Part shown: one piece after another, positions 25,226-39,884 of the stretch
Position numbering within the stretch: the stretch's first letter is position 1
Layout of the letters: every line of letters starts with the position of its first letter
Origin: Octopus sinensis
Taxonomy: Eukaryota
Length of the DNA stretch: 64,000 nt
NCBI RefSeq assembly: GCF_006345805.1
Contig: NC_042998.1
Location: forward strand, 102,610,001-102,674,000
Direction: 5' to 3'
Notes under the pieces: generated by a model
Told to the model about the DNA's origin: nothing
Database searches by the model: none
Seen by the model: only the letters and a program-made list of their open reading frames with translations
Program-made: the position numbers and the translations under genes

Positions 25226-27269
25226 CGTACGTACGTACATACACATATGTCACAACTCCGTATCTTTTCTTCTATTGAGAACCAGAAACGCCCCTCGGAG
25301 TCCGCTAGAAGCAGATGTATGGTTTTTTTTCACCTTTTACCATAACAGAAACATTTTTCTTCCACGATAACTGCAGAGAATTTTCCTATAGAATTTAAAA
25401 TATGTCACAAATATATTTCAATAACACAGAGATACATTGCAATAGCGCTAATAGTACTGTATTTACTCCGACTAGGCGATCTGCCAGCGCTACTCAGTCA
25501 CTGTATTGCTTGTTGTAAGGATAAGGCTACGGCTGCAGAGATAACTGTTCGTAATCTCCTATTGATTAAGTTTAACGACCCAGAAGCACGTGTCGCGGAG
25601 TCTGCTTTACACACCTTTTACTAGTTTAGAGAAATGTTCTCTCCGTCACAAACCTATTTTAATAAACCTAATGTCCGTTTACTCCTCAGAACTGTTTAGA
25701 GCTGTTACAGCTGTACACATACACACACATACGCGCTCGCGCACACACTCACTCACACACACACACTCATACACACACACATAAAAAATGCACCAAAGAA
25801 CATACATTCATGTACATATGTGTCACTATATTCACTGCAAACTTCTTTGTATGCTAATAGTCACTGTCTCCATCACACCTACTCATGCTTTTTAGGGTTT
25901 CTATATCATTTCTGTTCTACAGGAATATGTTATTTTCTCTGAAGAAAATAAGCAATGTAAGCTTATATCTTATAGGTAAATATCGTGAGCTTGGAATCTG
26001 TATCCTCTTTCGAAATGAATTGAAGTGCAAAGTAATTAGTTGCAGCACATACTATCAATGCATGGTTACTGTTGAGAGGACTTGAAACATATAGATGATA
26101 ATATAATGAGATGTAAAAGGATTATAAGAATGAACAATAAAGAAACAAAAATAAGGAAAGAAAGAATGGAAAAATAACGTTACATTCGTGGATGAAAGAA
26201 GCCAGACAAAATTGAGTAAGGCTTCAAAGTAAAAAAAATGAAGCTGTTCCATGTTTCTTTGCCCAGTAATGTTAAACGTATTCAAATGTATCAGTCTATG
26301 ACTATTTGAATATATGTCTATAAATCCGTATACATTTTATTAGTTATATCGTTGGCTGATAAGAATAATTTTTCTCTTCTCTAACACGTTTCATTTCCAT
26401 GGCAAGAAAAAGAATACAAAATGCTGTTACAAAAAAATATGAACAGCTACATTACTCAGAGACAGTGTATGAGAATAGCAAAATGTTCAAAATCTGCTTT
26501 CTATAAATCAAGAACGTTTAGATACATGTGAAAATGAATTGGATATATTTCGATGAATAAAAGAAATTTATTATATAAAATATATTGAGTTTGTGCATAC
26601 ATGATATACATACATAGTAAACATATATTTACACATATATTTACTGTCTTTGTAACGCAGATTTCAAAATTGTTTGCGAATGCATCGTTTCAGAGCCTTC
26701 TTGGTTGAAATATACACACATAACCACACTAGCATTTATATACAAGATATATATGTAAGACCACACCTTTAAATCTGAAACAAAAATTTAAAGAATGTAT
26801 ATGTGTGTGTGTGTGTGTGTGTATGTGTGCGTGCGTGCGTATGTTGTGTGTCTGTGTGGATGTGTGTGCATGTATATATATATATATTCGTATGGTTGAG
26901 TATATGTATGCGTACATGTATGAATATACATATACATATACAGATATATATATAATTAAGATTCAGTTCAATTAGCTACTTAAAGTGTGGAACGAAGCCA
27001 GTCCGGTATATTCCGTGCACCTGGAATTTAGGTGAACATAATTCAAATAAGTAACAAGGATATCCAGGTATCATTGTATTACGGCCATGTCAAGCGGCTC
27101 CATTCAATCGATGAATTGAAACATTACATTAATTTGAAAGAGACTGCTCTCCTCAAATACAGATGATCATATAGATTTCCAACGTAAAGGATAAGCCATT
27201 TTTAGTGTTATAAAATATTTATATCGGTACTAGAAACCAAAATAACTACATTGTTTCCTTATGTTAATT

Positions 27270-27580
27270 TGTCAGAATGAATTCAGACTATAATGCATAT
27301 TTAAAAGATTGTATGCAGTGTATAATCAAAGAAAAAGGGTATATCTATGGACAACTGCTGCGAAACCTCCAGCTTCTATATCCAGACTATGAATTCATAT
27401 TCATACCAACAATAATTGGAGCACTAGGTTTCGTTAGTAAATGCTTAATGGTGAATCAGGATGAATTGGGATTTTCAGAATGAAAAATCAACCGGCTGAT
27501 TCGTACATTACAAGTGAAATCTGTGAGTGGAACAGTAGAAATATGCAAAACTTTTCTCAAGTTCCAAATGTGAAGTTGTC
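27270..27580 (+). mobile_element. 3' fragment of a non-LTR retrotransposon with restriction-like endonuclease
   Basis: KEKGYIYGQLLRNLQLLYPDYEFIFIPTIIGALGFVSKCL resembles the PIVIGALG C-terminus of R4/NeSL-type elements. Confidence 0.6.
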
Positions 27581-27927
27581 TATGTTAACTACATTCCAGA
27601 GACGGAGCCTTGTATCTTTGTTAGAATCCGGCACCCTCTTCTGCGGAAGATTTGTAATAATTAAAAAATAGAAGAGACATATATGCATACATACATAAAA
27701 TGATGGCTGTGTCGAAAGAAAAATGCTTCCCAACCACATGCTTCCGGGTTTAGTCCCACCGCATGGCACCTTGTGGAAGGATCTTCTACTATAGCCCAGG
27801 GCCGACCAAATCCTTGTGAGTAGATTTGGTAGGCGGAAAGTCAAAGAGGCCAACCATATATAATATATGTTTGTGTGTCTTTGTTTGTGCGTGTGTATTA
27901 TGTGTGGTGGTATTATATATATATGTG

Positions 27928-28013
<86 letters not shown>

Positions 28014-28022
<9 letters not shown>

Positions 28023-28845
28023 TGTAGAATAAAAGTTTTTTCGGGAAAAACATTTTATCAATGGCCAACATATCAAAAAAATACCTTTAAAGGCTAAATT
28101 TATAAATAATTTACAAGATAAGGTCAGAAGAAAAATTCTAATGCCAAATATGCCGAAACAAAAAAATGTCGATAACCATTATAATTTATGCGTCTCGAAA
28201 GAAACCGATAGAATTCTCTAAAAAAATTCGTTATTACCGTATTGGTCCAATTTCAGGGTTAATTCATAAGAAACTTTTCCCGTCTTCAGCGGCAAATACG
28301 CATAAATTATAATGGTTATCGACAATTTTTTGTTTCGGTATATTTGGCATTAGAATTTTTCTTCAGCCCTTATCTTGTAAATTATTTATAAGTTTAACCT
28401 TTAAAGGTATTTTTTGATATGCTGGCCATTGATAAAAATTTTCCCGAAAAAAGTTTTATCCTACATTAATTATAAATTGAATAGTGTTCACTTCCGGATT
28501 CTATCACTCTGTGAAAGTTCCTAGTCCCAATCACACGTGACTCGAGATGTGCCGAAGATTTTTCTATTTTGGATATATTTGGGGTACTTAGGTCTGCTCA
28601 GGACTTGGTGCTTGCTCTTTCCATGGGCATGAGTAAGTATTTCACTTATATCTCGCGTATTTGCCGCTGAAGAGGGGCAAATTTTCTTATGAATTAACCC
28701 CGAATTTGGACCAATACGGTAATAACGAATTTTTTAGAGATTTCTATCGGTTTGTTTCGAGACGCTTAAATTATAATGGTTATCGACAATTTTTTGTTTC
28801 GGCATTTTTGACATTAGAATTTTTCTTCTGCCCTTGTAAATTAAA
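28014..28845 (+). mobile_element. Non-coding HHR retroelement (retrozyme-like, ~464-bp unit) with a 5' inverted copy, between (TA)n tracts
   Basis: Inverted arms 28014-28193 / 28298-28475; ~85-bp direct repeat at 28298 and 28762; HHRs at 28234-28295 (-) and 28661-28722 (+); no ORF homology. Confidence 0.8.
28661..28722 (+). ncRNA. Type I hammerhead (GAAA mutated to GAAT); sister copy 28234-28295 (-) has intact GAAA but a stem II mismatch
   Basis: ttgccg-CTGAAGA-gggg..cccc-GAA(A/T)-TTGGACCAA-TA-cggtaa. Confidence 0.75.
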
Positions 28846-28915
28846 TATATATATATGGCGATGCCCCAGCATGGCCACAGCTCGTGAGCTGAAACTACAT
28901 AAAATATAAATATAT

Positions 28916-28956
<41 letters not shown>

Positions 28957-29759
28957 GAATGTATGTATGTGCTTCTGTGTTGTCTGTGTTTGTGTATGTA
29001 TATACTTCTCTGTGTCTGTGTTTGTACCCTACGCCGTTTGATAACCGGTGTTGGTGTGTTTTCGTACCGGTAAGCTAGCGGCATGGCAAAATTTATCAAT
29101 AAAATAAGCATTAGCCTTAAGACAAACAGTACTGCCATTGATTCAATCGACTAAAATTCTTCAATGTGGTGCCCCAGCATGGCCAGATTCTAATAAATAA
29201 AACGAGTAAAAGATAAAATTTTGTATCAAACAAACATACAAATATACAGCGCATCCACATACCCATGCACTTGCGAATAAGCAAGCCCACATCCATCCAT
29301 AATCATAATATATATCAGTGACCGCAACACTCCCCTTTGTATAATGTTTTAAAAGAAACTGGCTCTAATACACATGTAAACTTTCCTATTTTTATCACGG
29401 ATAATTTAATTATAAAAATCTGAAATTAATGGCGATTAAGCGTACTTCTTAGCAAATTAATTAAATGTGCGTATGTGATTGTGTTTTTGTGCGTATGTGT
29501 TGGTTGGTATTATGCTACCGAAAGGTGAAATTACCGTCATTGGTTTTATTCCTACCACCCATTCATGAAAATGAAAACTTATCGTTTTCATTGTCACTAA
29601 AGAGTATTTAAAAGTAGTATGTTATTTAATTCCATAGAACTAATCTGGTAGACAACGTTGCGGCTGATATACCCTCCAGGCTTCATCAGGTGCCTTGGGG
29701 AAATTTCGAAACTGGGTTCTCTTTCCTAAGGTTTATTTTCGATGTTATTATTATTATTA

Positions 29760-30330
29760 TTTCCTTTTTTCTTCAAATGTTCTTCCCTTTCTCGCCGAGT
29801 GTTTTCCGTACACCTAGGGCAGAGAAGCTCATTGTATGTACTCCCGGATTACACACGCTAATTCACCGATAAAATATGTATTTAAAAAAATAATAATAAA
29901 TAAATAAATTCATGAATGGATATTGTTTTCACAGCTATAATGTTCTCAGTACAGGAGCCGTTCCAGTTAACACGAGATTTTGCACTTCCTGTAGGAATGG
30001 TAAGCCTAGTATCATTTTCAAATAGGTTTCAGTACCTTTTTTATCATTCCCAGAGATCCTACAATCACTGGTGCTGTAGTCGCCTTAAGATGCCACATTT
30101 TTTCAATTTTTATTAGCAAGTCTACATTGTGATAGCAAGGAATAATCATGTCAATTAATAAACACATCTTTTTTGTCTGATATTTTATAATAATATCCGG
30201 TTTATTAGATTTTATAGCTTTGTCGTTATGTACAGGGAAGTCCTATAGAATCGATACATTTTCACCTTCAGTCACGGCTTCAGGATGGTGTTTATACCAT
30301 TTGTCAGCGGTTTTGATTATATAATGACTT
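29760..30330 (-). mobile_element. R4/Dong/Rex6-like 3' fragments
   Basis: Minus strand encodes KMWHLKATTAPVIVGSLGMIKKGTETYLKMILGLPFLQEVQNLVLTGTAPVLRTL; ends in (TAA)n. Confidence 0.7.
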
Positions 30331-30342
30331 ATTATTATTATG

Positions 30343-30388
<46 letters not shown>

Positions 30389-30442
30389 TATTATTATTAT
30401 TATTATCATCATCATCATCATCAGTAGTAGTAGTAGTAGTAG

Positions 30443-30627
30443 TATTCAGGTCACTGTCTAGAATCGAACTCAGATTCTTAGGGTTAGTAGCCCGCGCTCT
30501 TAACCATTACGCCATATGCCCATGGCCGCTCTTAACCACTACACTACTACGCCATGTGCCGTAGTGGTTAGGGGCGAGGGTTACTAACTCCAAGATTCCG
30601 AGTTCGTCTCCAGGCAGTGAGCTGAAT
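30443..30627. mobile_element. Head-to-head pair of ~75-nt tRNA-like SINEs with (TAA)n/(TAC)n tails
   Basis: gccgtagtggttagg..ttactaa..gagttcgtctccaggcagtgagctgaataat (30552-30627 +) and an inverted copy at 30443-30520; A- and B-box-like motifs. Confidence 0.7.
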
Positions 30628-30667
30628 AATAATAAATATAATAATAATAATAATAATAATATTATTA

Positions 30668-31100
30668 GAGAAATTAAGGCCAACAGACCAGATATAGTTG
30701 TCAGAGATCATGAAGAAAAAAAATGCTTTCTAATTGATGTATCAATACCGGCAGATGACAACGTGTCTCTAAAAGAAATGGAGAAACTCTCAAAATACAA
30801 AGACCTGAAATAGAGGTAATTAGAATGTGGAACCTGAAAACAGAAACAATTCCTATCATAGTAGGTGCATTAGGCATGATAAAAAAATATTCAGACAAAT
30901 ACATAACAAAAACCAGGACTTACAAACACATATAACATACAGAAAATTGCACTACTAGGCACTGCACACATCCTACGCAGAACACTTTCCATACAATAAC
31001 CATCAGAGCATCACAACAAATCACAGCACATACCCAAGGCACACAGAGCTGCGCTCGGTAATGAAGTGAAAGCACGCTATAAAAATAAAACTACTGAATA
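30668..31100 (+). mobile_element. R4/Dong/Rex6-like non-LTR 3' fragment (restriction-like endonuclease)
   Basis: RPDIVVRDHEEKKCFLIDVSIPADDNVSLKEMEKLSKYKD...IPIIVGALG (PD..D..K motif); (TAA)n on both sides. Confidence 0.85.
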
Positions 31101-31169
31101 ATAATAATAATAATAATATATAATAATAATAATATAATAATAATAATAATAATAAAATAATAATAATAA

Positions 31170-31455
31170 CGAGAAGAAGGAGGAGGAGGAGGCAGGAGAA
31201 GAAGAAGAAAAAGAAGAAGAAGAAGGAGGAGGAGGAGTAGGAGGAGAAGAAGAAGAAGAAGAAGTAGAAGAAGAAGAACAGAAAAAGAAGAAGAAGAAGA
31301 AGAAGAAGACAAAAAGAAAAGAGAAGAAGAAGAAGAAGAAGAAGAAGAGAGGAGGAGGATAGGAGGAAGGAGAAGAAGAAGAAGAAGAATAAAGAAGAAG
31401 AAGCAGAAGAAGAAGAAAAAGAAGAGAAGAAGACAAAGAAGAAAAAGAAAAAGAA

Positions 31456-31487
<32 letters not shown>

Positions 31488-31494
31488 AGAAGGA

Positions 31495-31495
<1 letters not shown>
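31170..31495. repeat. Compound (GAA)n/(GGA)n microsatellite
   Basis: Direct reading; explains the low-complexity ORFs 31077-31565 and 31091-31534. Confidence 0.95.
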
Positions 31496-32220
<725 letters not shown>

Positions 32221-32286
32221 TAATAATAATAATAACATGGAAAAATAACCTAGGAATGAGAATCCAGGTTCGAAATTTTCCCCAAC

Positions 32287-32330
32287 ACACCTGATTAAGG
32301 CAAGAGGGTATATCTGCCGAAACGTTGTGT
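32287..32330 (+). ncRNA. Degenerate hammerhead (CTGATTA core); inverted sister at 29654-29692 has CTGATGA but GCAA
   Basis: acac-CTGATTA-a-ggca..tgcc-GAAA-CG-TT-gtgt. Confidence 0.55.
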
Positions 32331-33166
32331 TAACAACAAACAAGATGAGGACAAATATCTTCAAATGTGAATACTGTACATAATCCCTCATCTCTTAGAT
32401 ATAGAACTGTTATCTGGTAGACTTGTGTCTAAAGGCAACGCATAAATATTCTAATGAACAAATAGTACCTGTAGAAGCAGACACACAAGAGATAATATCT
32501 TGACGTGAGGGTTGTTGGATACTGTTATAATTAGACAGATGTGAGCTTTAATTGAGCAGATCAGTTATCGAACTATTCGAGCAATGTTACCATCTTTTAC
32601 GTATCTAGAACATTAATTAACGGAATTTTTATTTTCATAAAACGTGTGTGTTTTGAGATAGAGATTTCGCTGACACATTTGTCTGTTGTAAACTCCTACA
32701 AAGCGGATTTGTTGATGTCTAGAAATTCATCGCAATGCTTACACACAATTCATATCTAAGAAGAATATACAACCAATCACAGTTCGCCACTGTTCATATA
32801 ATAGCTTATACACCGATAACAGCTGCTCTCATCACATCAGCTCATTAACATCTGAGTCATATATTCCTTTCCTATATGTCGTTATGAGATCGAAGTTTGC
32901 ATTTATAGGTCTGTATAATTAATCCAAGTTCAGATGATGATCACGAAATAATATAGTTCTGCCGCTAGCACTCAATTTATTTCATAAATAATTGTTCTCA
33001 TTATTAGATAATTTTAACTCATTTCACTCTTTCCCTTTTACATCTTTTTCTACTTTCTGCTTAGTCACATCATCAACTAATTTGCAGATTATTTCCACTG
33101 GCTATATAATTCATCTCTGAACCACACTAACCTATATATTCACTTACAGAAAGGAAACGAATCTCT

Positions 33167-33365
<199 letters not shown>

Positions 33366-34384
33366 GACTGACTGTATGTGTGCCTGTCTCTCTACCTGTC
33401 TGTCTGTCAAACAAATTGGGTGCCTGCATATTTATCCATCTGTCTATCCATAAATATATATTTATTGATATCAATACCAATACATACGGACTCACGCAAG
33501 AATACACATATATAATCATATACGTATAGGTATGTATGTATGTGTGTATGTGTGCCTGTGTGTGTATATACGTATGCATGTATATATGGATTTGCATGCA
33601 TATAACACGTAAACATACATTTATATGTAATATACAGATACATACACAAATACATTTATGTATATGGCTAAACTGATAGAAATCCGATTACTTAATAGTT
33701 AGTAGGCTACACCATAGGATTGACAAGAACGTGCATCGATTTTTGATTTAAGCTGATTGGTCCAAAAGACATGATTTCGTTCTACTAATTGTAACCAAAT
33801 TATTAATGGTCTACCTCCATCCATATATTGCACTGTTATTATTTCATTTCTATATTCCACAATACTTTGCACTGTATTCATATTTTCTTCATATATTTTA
33901 TTTCTATTGATCCGCCATTAGTTATAACACAATGTAAATTAATGGTAACGACTCAGTTATATTTCTTTGCAATACAGGTTCGTATTTCCTTTGGTCTCTG
34001 TCTCCTTTGGTCTCCTTTGGTCTCCTTTGGAATACAACAAAACACATTTATACGTAGTATGTCCCTTATTCTGCTGCTTTTATATCTTCAGTCTCTAAAG
34101 GAATTAAATTTTATAGTGGTTTTAATTTTTAAAAAATTATAATATCCATGGTGTTCCGTGTGATAAATCGCCGATAATCTTTCTTCATTTTAATGTATAT
34201 GTTAGCGATCATGAGAAGCTGATGCGAAATGTGCATTACGTATTCATTATTTAACTGCTTCGGTTTTGAGTTAATGAATTCGAACCTGCGATTTCTTTCA
34301 TCTTCAAATTTTTTATATAGCTTCGAAGACTACACAGACTAATATGAGAATAATTCTATTAGAATAACATTATGTATATAAAAT

Positions 34385-34620
34385 CATCATCATCATCATC
34401 ATCGTTTAACGTCCGTTTTCTGCGCTAGCACGGGTTGGACGGTTTCGACCGGGGTCTGGGGAGCTAGGGACTGCCCAAGGCTCCAGTCTAGTCTGGCAGT
34501 GTTTCTACAGCTGGATGCCCTTCCTAACGCCAACCACTCCGCGAGTGTAGTGGGTGTTTTTTACGTGCCACCTGCACAGGTGCCAGAGGGGTCTGGCATC
34601 GGCCACGTTCGGATGGTGCT
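34385..34620 (-). mobile_element. SINE 3' portion with (GAT)n tail
   Basis: Minus strand ggttggcgttaggaagggcatccagctgtagaaac...aacggacgttaaacgatgatgat. Confidence 0.7.
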
Positions 34621-34899
34621 TTTTATGTGGGGGGGGGGGGGGGTGCAGAAATATATAGGGGAGCACCAGTGGGGAGGGGTGGTTCAGAGAAATGATGACA
34701 GGTTCTAGGCAAGTAGAACGTAGGATATCAAGAGAGGGGTAATGCATGGTGAAATAGCGTGTTGAAGAGGGGGGTTCGAAGAGTAGACACCTATAATGGT
34801 GGTGGGAGAAGCGACATCCGGTATAGATGGAACAAAAATAGAGATATCCGGTATGGTGGTGGGGGTGGGCAAGGGCGGGTACACCGGGAATATGCGATG

Positions 34900-36788
34900 A
34901 ACTTTAGAGAAACGGGCGGGAATGGCGATGTTTTTAGGGTGGCATATAGAAAGAAAAGGAAAGCAAAGCAGATTGGTGGTTATAAGTTCAAAACATTTAA
35001 ACGGTAGACAAATGTATGTATGTATGAAAAAGAAGGGAGAAATCTTCTTAGCTTGTTTATGGACACCGCTGTAAGTCGGGGAAGAAATGATAGTGAATGG
35101 TGGAGATCGAATAAAGGATTGAGGGTTGAACTTTAGAGAAACGGGCGGGAATGGCGATGTTTTTAGGGTGGCATATAGAAAGAAAAGGAAAGCAAAGCAG
35201 ATTGGTGGTTATAAGTTCAAAACATTTAAACGGTAGACAAATGTATGTATGTATGAAAAAGAAGGGAGAAATCTTCTTAGCTTGCTTATGGACACCGCTG
35301 TAAGTCGGGGAAGAAATGATAGTGAATGGTGGAGATCGAATAAAGGATTGAAGGTTGCACTTTAGAGAAACGGGCGGGAATGGCGATGTTTTTAGGGTGG
35401 CATATAAAAGAAAAGGAAGCAAGCAGATTGGTGGTTATAAGTTCAAAACATTTAAACGGTAGACAAATGTATGTATGTATGAAAAAGAAGGGAGAAATCT
35501 TCTAGCTTGCTTATGGACACCGCTATAAGTCGGGGAAGAAATGATAGTGAATGGTGGAGATCGAATAAAGGATTGAAGGTTGAACTTTAGAGAAACGGGG
35601 GCGGAATGGCGATGTTTTTTAGGGTGGCATATAGAAAGAAAAGGAAAGCAAAGCAGATTGGTGGTTATAAGTTCAAAACATTTAAACGGTAGACAAATGT
35701 ATGTATGTATGAAAAAGAAGGGAGAAATCTTCTTAGCTTGCTTATGGACACCGCTGTAAGTCGGGGAAGAAATGATAGTGAATGGTGGAGATCGAATAAA
35801 GGATTGAAGGTTGAACTTTAGAGAAACGGGCGGGAATGGCGATGTTTTTAGGGTGGCATATAGAAAGAAAAGGAAAGCAAAGCAGATTGGTGGTTATAAG
35901 TTCAAAACATTTAAACGGTAGACAAATGTATGTATGTATGAAAAAGAAGGGAGAAATCTTCTTAGCTTGCTTATGGACACCGCTGTAAGTCGGGGAAGAA
36001 ATGATAGTGAATGGTGGAGATCGAATAAAAGATTGAAGGTTGAACTTTAGAGAAACGGGCGGGAATGGCGATGTTTTTAGGATGGCATATAGAAAGAAAA
36101 GGAAAGCAAAGCAGATTGGTGGTTTATAAGTTCAAAACATTTAAACGGTAGACAAATGTATGTATGTATGAAAAAGAAGGGAGAAATCTTCTTAGCTTGC
36201 TTATGGACACCGCCGTAAGTCGGGGAAGAAATGATAGTGAATGGTGGAGATCGAATAAAGGATTGAAGGTTGAACTTTAGAGAAACGGGCGGGAATGGCG
36301 ATGTTTTTAGGGTGGCATATAGAAAGAAAAGGAAAGCAAAGCAGATTGGTGGTTATAAGTTCAAAACATTTAAACGGTAGACAAATGTATGTATGTATGA
36401 AAAAGAAGGGAGAAATCTTCTTAGCTTGCTTATGGACACCGCTGTAAGTCGGGGAAGAAATGATAGTGAATGGTGGAGATCGAATAAAGGATTGAAGGTT
36501 GCACTTTAGAGAAACGGGCGGGAATGGCGATGTTTTTAGGGTGGCATATAGAAAGAAAAGGAAAGCAAAGCAGATTGGTAGTTATAAGTTCAAAACATTT
36601 AAACGGTAGACAAATGTATGTATGTATGAAAAAGAAGGGAGAAATCTTCTTAGCTTGCTTATGGACACCGCTGTAAGTCGGGGAAGAAATGATAGTGAAT
36701 GGTGGAGATCGAATAAAGGATTGAAGGTTGAACTTTAGAGAAACGGGCGGGAATGGCGATGTTTTTAGGGTGGCATATTGAAAGAAAA
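34900..36788. repeat. Tandem array, ~229-bp unit, ~8.25 highly similar copies
   Basis: Unit starts (actttagaga) at 34901, 35130, 35359, 35584, 35815, 36044, 36274, 36503 and 36732. Confidence 0.97.
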
Positions 36789-37399
36789 ACTGAAATTATG
36801 CGGGTAGCTGATCAGAGTTTTCGTACTTATGCTATTCTAAGTGTATGCGGTAGGCATTATTCATGTGAATATACACATTAATTTATACCTACCTGCTGCC
36901 AGTATAAAGAGGAAATCCGTTGAAAGATAAATTTTTACCTTCACCCATCTTCTTGCAGATGTTCCATTCGATTCATTTCACTCTTTGGTGAAATTCGCAC
37001 CACCCACAAATTGGCATGCTTTAGAATTGGTTTGTTGCAGAGTCTGGCTCAGTTGGATGCATGAATATCGACAGCATCTGGAATGCAAACCGAAAAGTGC
37101 CTTACACTTCTATCTGCTCTGCTGTTAAGATCCTGTGAAATCCCAACATCGAGATAGGATACACACATAAAATCTACAATACTGACTTCGCTGAAATTGA
37201 GAACACGTTCTAGGATATGAACGGAAAAGAATTTTAAAATATACCGTCCCTCTACCTAAACATACTGAATACAATGATAAACCAAAAGAAAGATTGAGAA
37301 CGACATCATACAATATTGACGCATGTTCCTATGGAAATGCTAACACAACCAAATTCACGGCAATGAAGACGGCGGATTATTTTTCTTATTCTTAAAGCT

Positions 37400-38350
37400 T
37401 TCGGCAACGAGAAGCTAGAATTTATTTTCTTGCTGTGCTGGGTGAAACTGGGAAGGAATGCATGTTCTGTATATTGCTTGTGGAAATTTCTCAGCATAAA
37501 AGAATTACTATTGCAATTGCTTCACCAGTTATTGATCAAGTATTTCGACCTCGGCTTTGTCTACGAAAATAATAGTCCAATCATTTGGAGATTGATCAGC
37601 TTGTCAATTATGGCGTTAATAATCAGTTTTGCTTAAACGCATGTATGTAGCGGTATCAATATGTCATTGACTTAGGAATATTTAGAATATTACAAGTGTA
37701 TGCAGTAAGACAATAATGTCAAAGCCAGATGTTTCACTCTAGCATGTTTAGAACATTCATGGTAGAACTATTGAGAAGGAAATATTTTTAAAAAGTGTAA
37801 ATAAAGGCGATGGAACTGGAGCACAATATTTTGTTTTTATGCTTGGAGAATTTAGCATTGGAACAAAAAAAACTGAAAGTATCGGTATGTCAATCAGTAT
37901 ATCCACCAGACGTTGTACTGCATATTAAGGAATCCTGTTTGGGTTATTGTCAATTTTACATAGAACACTTCAAGGGCTGGAAGCTCCCATTCTATCTTTA
38001 TGACCCTGTTGGTGAAATTAAAATATTTTGTATCTTCATATTCTAGCACGTGTAGTTAGAATTGTCGAGTAGACGAAGTATATAAATTGAAATTCCTTGC
38101 AATTCTTAATGTTTCCCTATTGCATGTATTTGAAGGGGTGGGTTTTTACTGGCTAATCTAATTTTCATATGTTATCAGAATGAGGTTGCTTCCATGGATA
38201 TTTCACTTAGGAACAATCTGGTCTGCATTTCATATCTTAAAATTATTTGAAAAAGTAAAGAATTTCATATATATTCAGCAGTAGTGAAACAGCTTTCATT
38301 TGAGATAACATTTGTTTTCACTTCTACTTATCTTTTGTTGTGAACTAATA
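37400..38350 (+). pseudogene. Highly decayed Helitron/Pif1-like helicase remnant
   Basis: From 37411: EARIYFLAVLGETGKECMFCILLVEISQHKRITIAIASPVI resembles FFLDAPGGTGKTF..ILA.IR....ALAVASSGI; weaker downstream echoes (GIFRILQV, KFLAILNV..LHVFEGVG). Confidence 0.45.
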
Positions 38351-39789
38351 TTCTCCAGTTAGTTATATATTATTATATATTAAATAATGAAATGCTGTAC
38401 AGATATGTAATACATTGCATTAAACAGCAGATCATTGAACACTCGGAGAAGAATTTAATTTCTAAATAAATTTCCAGGAAATTTTGTATTAAACAATAAT
38501 GTCTTATATGAGCAACAGTTGGGGGTCGTTTACAACTAGTTTTCAGAATTACTGAAGCATATTACTATTGCTGTGTTCTTATTTGAAATTGCTGCGGCAT
38601 TGCAGAAATGAGCACTCTTTTATTATGCTTCCGCTCAAATTTGCATTCAAAAGCCGTCCACTCTGCTATATTGGCAGAGGATCAGGTCAGAAAGTTGTCT
38701 CCCAACATGGAAAGCTACCTAATATGGTTTGAAAACACTGTCTCACAAGATTGGCTTTAAATCCCATCTGATATCTCATTTGAAACACGCTGACACCATA
38801 AGTGGAATCACGATCGTGCTCTGAGATAATTAAAGCCTACTGTGAGGTGAAGGGTTGTCTCAAAAACGTCTGTGAGGAAACTTCATTCCGAGTAAGGCAA
38901 CTTCATCTTTCAAGTGGTATGAGAACAGTACATAATACGGCTGTGTCGGCAGGCTAGTTTGCAAAAGTCTCTCGTCAACTAGGCAGAGATCCTCAACCAT
39001 TGCACAATAAGTGCTGAGGATCAACAAAACACACGCGCACACAAATATGGTACAGTCATTAACATATCAGTAGAAATGCTTTCGAGAAATCATCATATAT
39101 TCTCTAAGGTTGAGTGAAATTTTGTGCTTGTGAAGTCCCATAAGGAATTTGTACAGGATTCAATGATATTGATTCAAATAATCTACAATTAATGTCCCAG
39201 CTCCCAAAACATTGCTGCGATATTTGAATGCATCAAATGTCAGAAATGATAAGGACTAACCGGTAAAAACCCATATGAATGAAAGTAATTATGACTTATT
39301 ATATCAAAGAAAGGGTCACTTTTCTCATATTTTCGTTATGGTATCAGATATTTCTTTTCAGTTCATGCTCCTTTGAAGTGTTCCCTATGGTTGCTGGATT
39401 TAAAATCAATGTGTTCTCCAAGGCCATGCTCGTATATTGAGATAAACAGAAATGTTTTCATCAAATCATTAAAACACAAAACAAAAATGGTGTCTTCTCT
39501 AAATATATTTCTGTCAGATTTGTTTCTGTTTGTGTGTAGGAAATCGATGCAAAATTACAAGTAAATATTTAAAGAAAAAAATTATGAAAGTATTGTGTGA
39601 AAAGACAAAATAAAAATTATAGATTCCCACATAATGGAATCCTGAAAAATATTCAAATGCAGACAAGCGTTACAAAAAATATAAGTAAATATTATTGCAA
39701 GAAGAATCTGTATATAAGAAAATTGTTATAAGTTAAAGCTTATTAGTTTCACAAATATCTTTTTTTAATTCGTAGTATATACAACTGCA

Positions 39790-39884
<95 letters not shown>

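Noticed and set aside
30552-30627. Functional tRNA gene
   Set aside because: Acceptor stem is poor, copies are diverged and have microsatellite tails; treated as a SINE.
33960-34060. Possible small exon with 10-bp ctcctttggt repeats
   Set aside because: The acceptor-like site alone is insufficient; no recognisable product or partner exon.
34900-36788. Tandem array as a CRISPR array, retrozyme multimer or twister ribozyme array
   Set aside because: No unique spacers, eukaryotic context, no CUGANGA/GAAA pair, and the CGGT..AAGC spacing does not fit twister.
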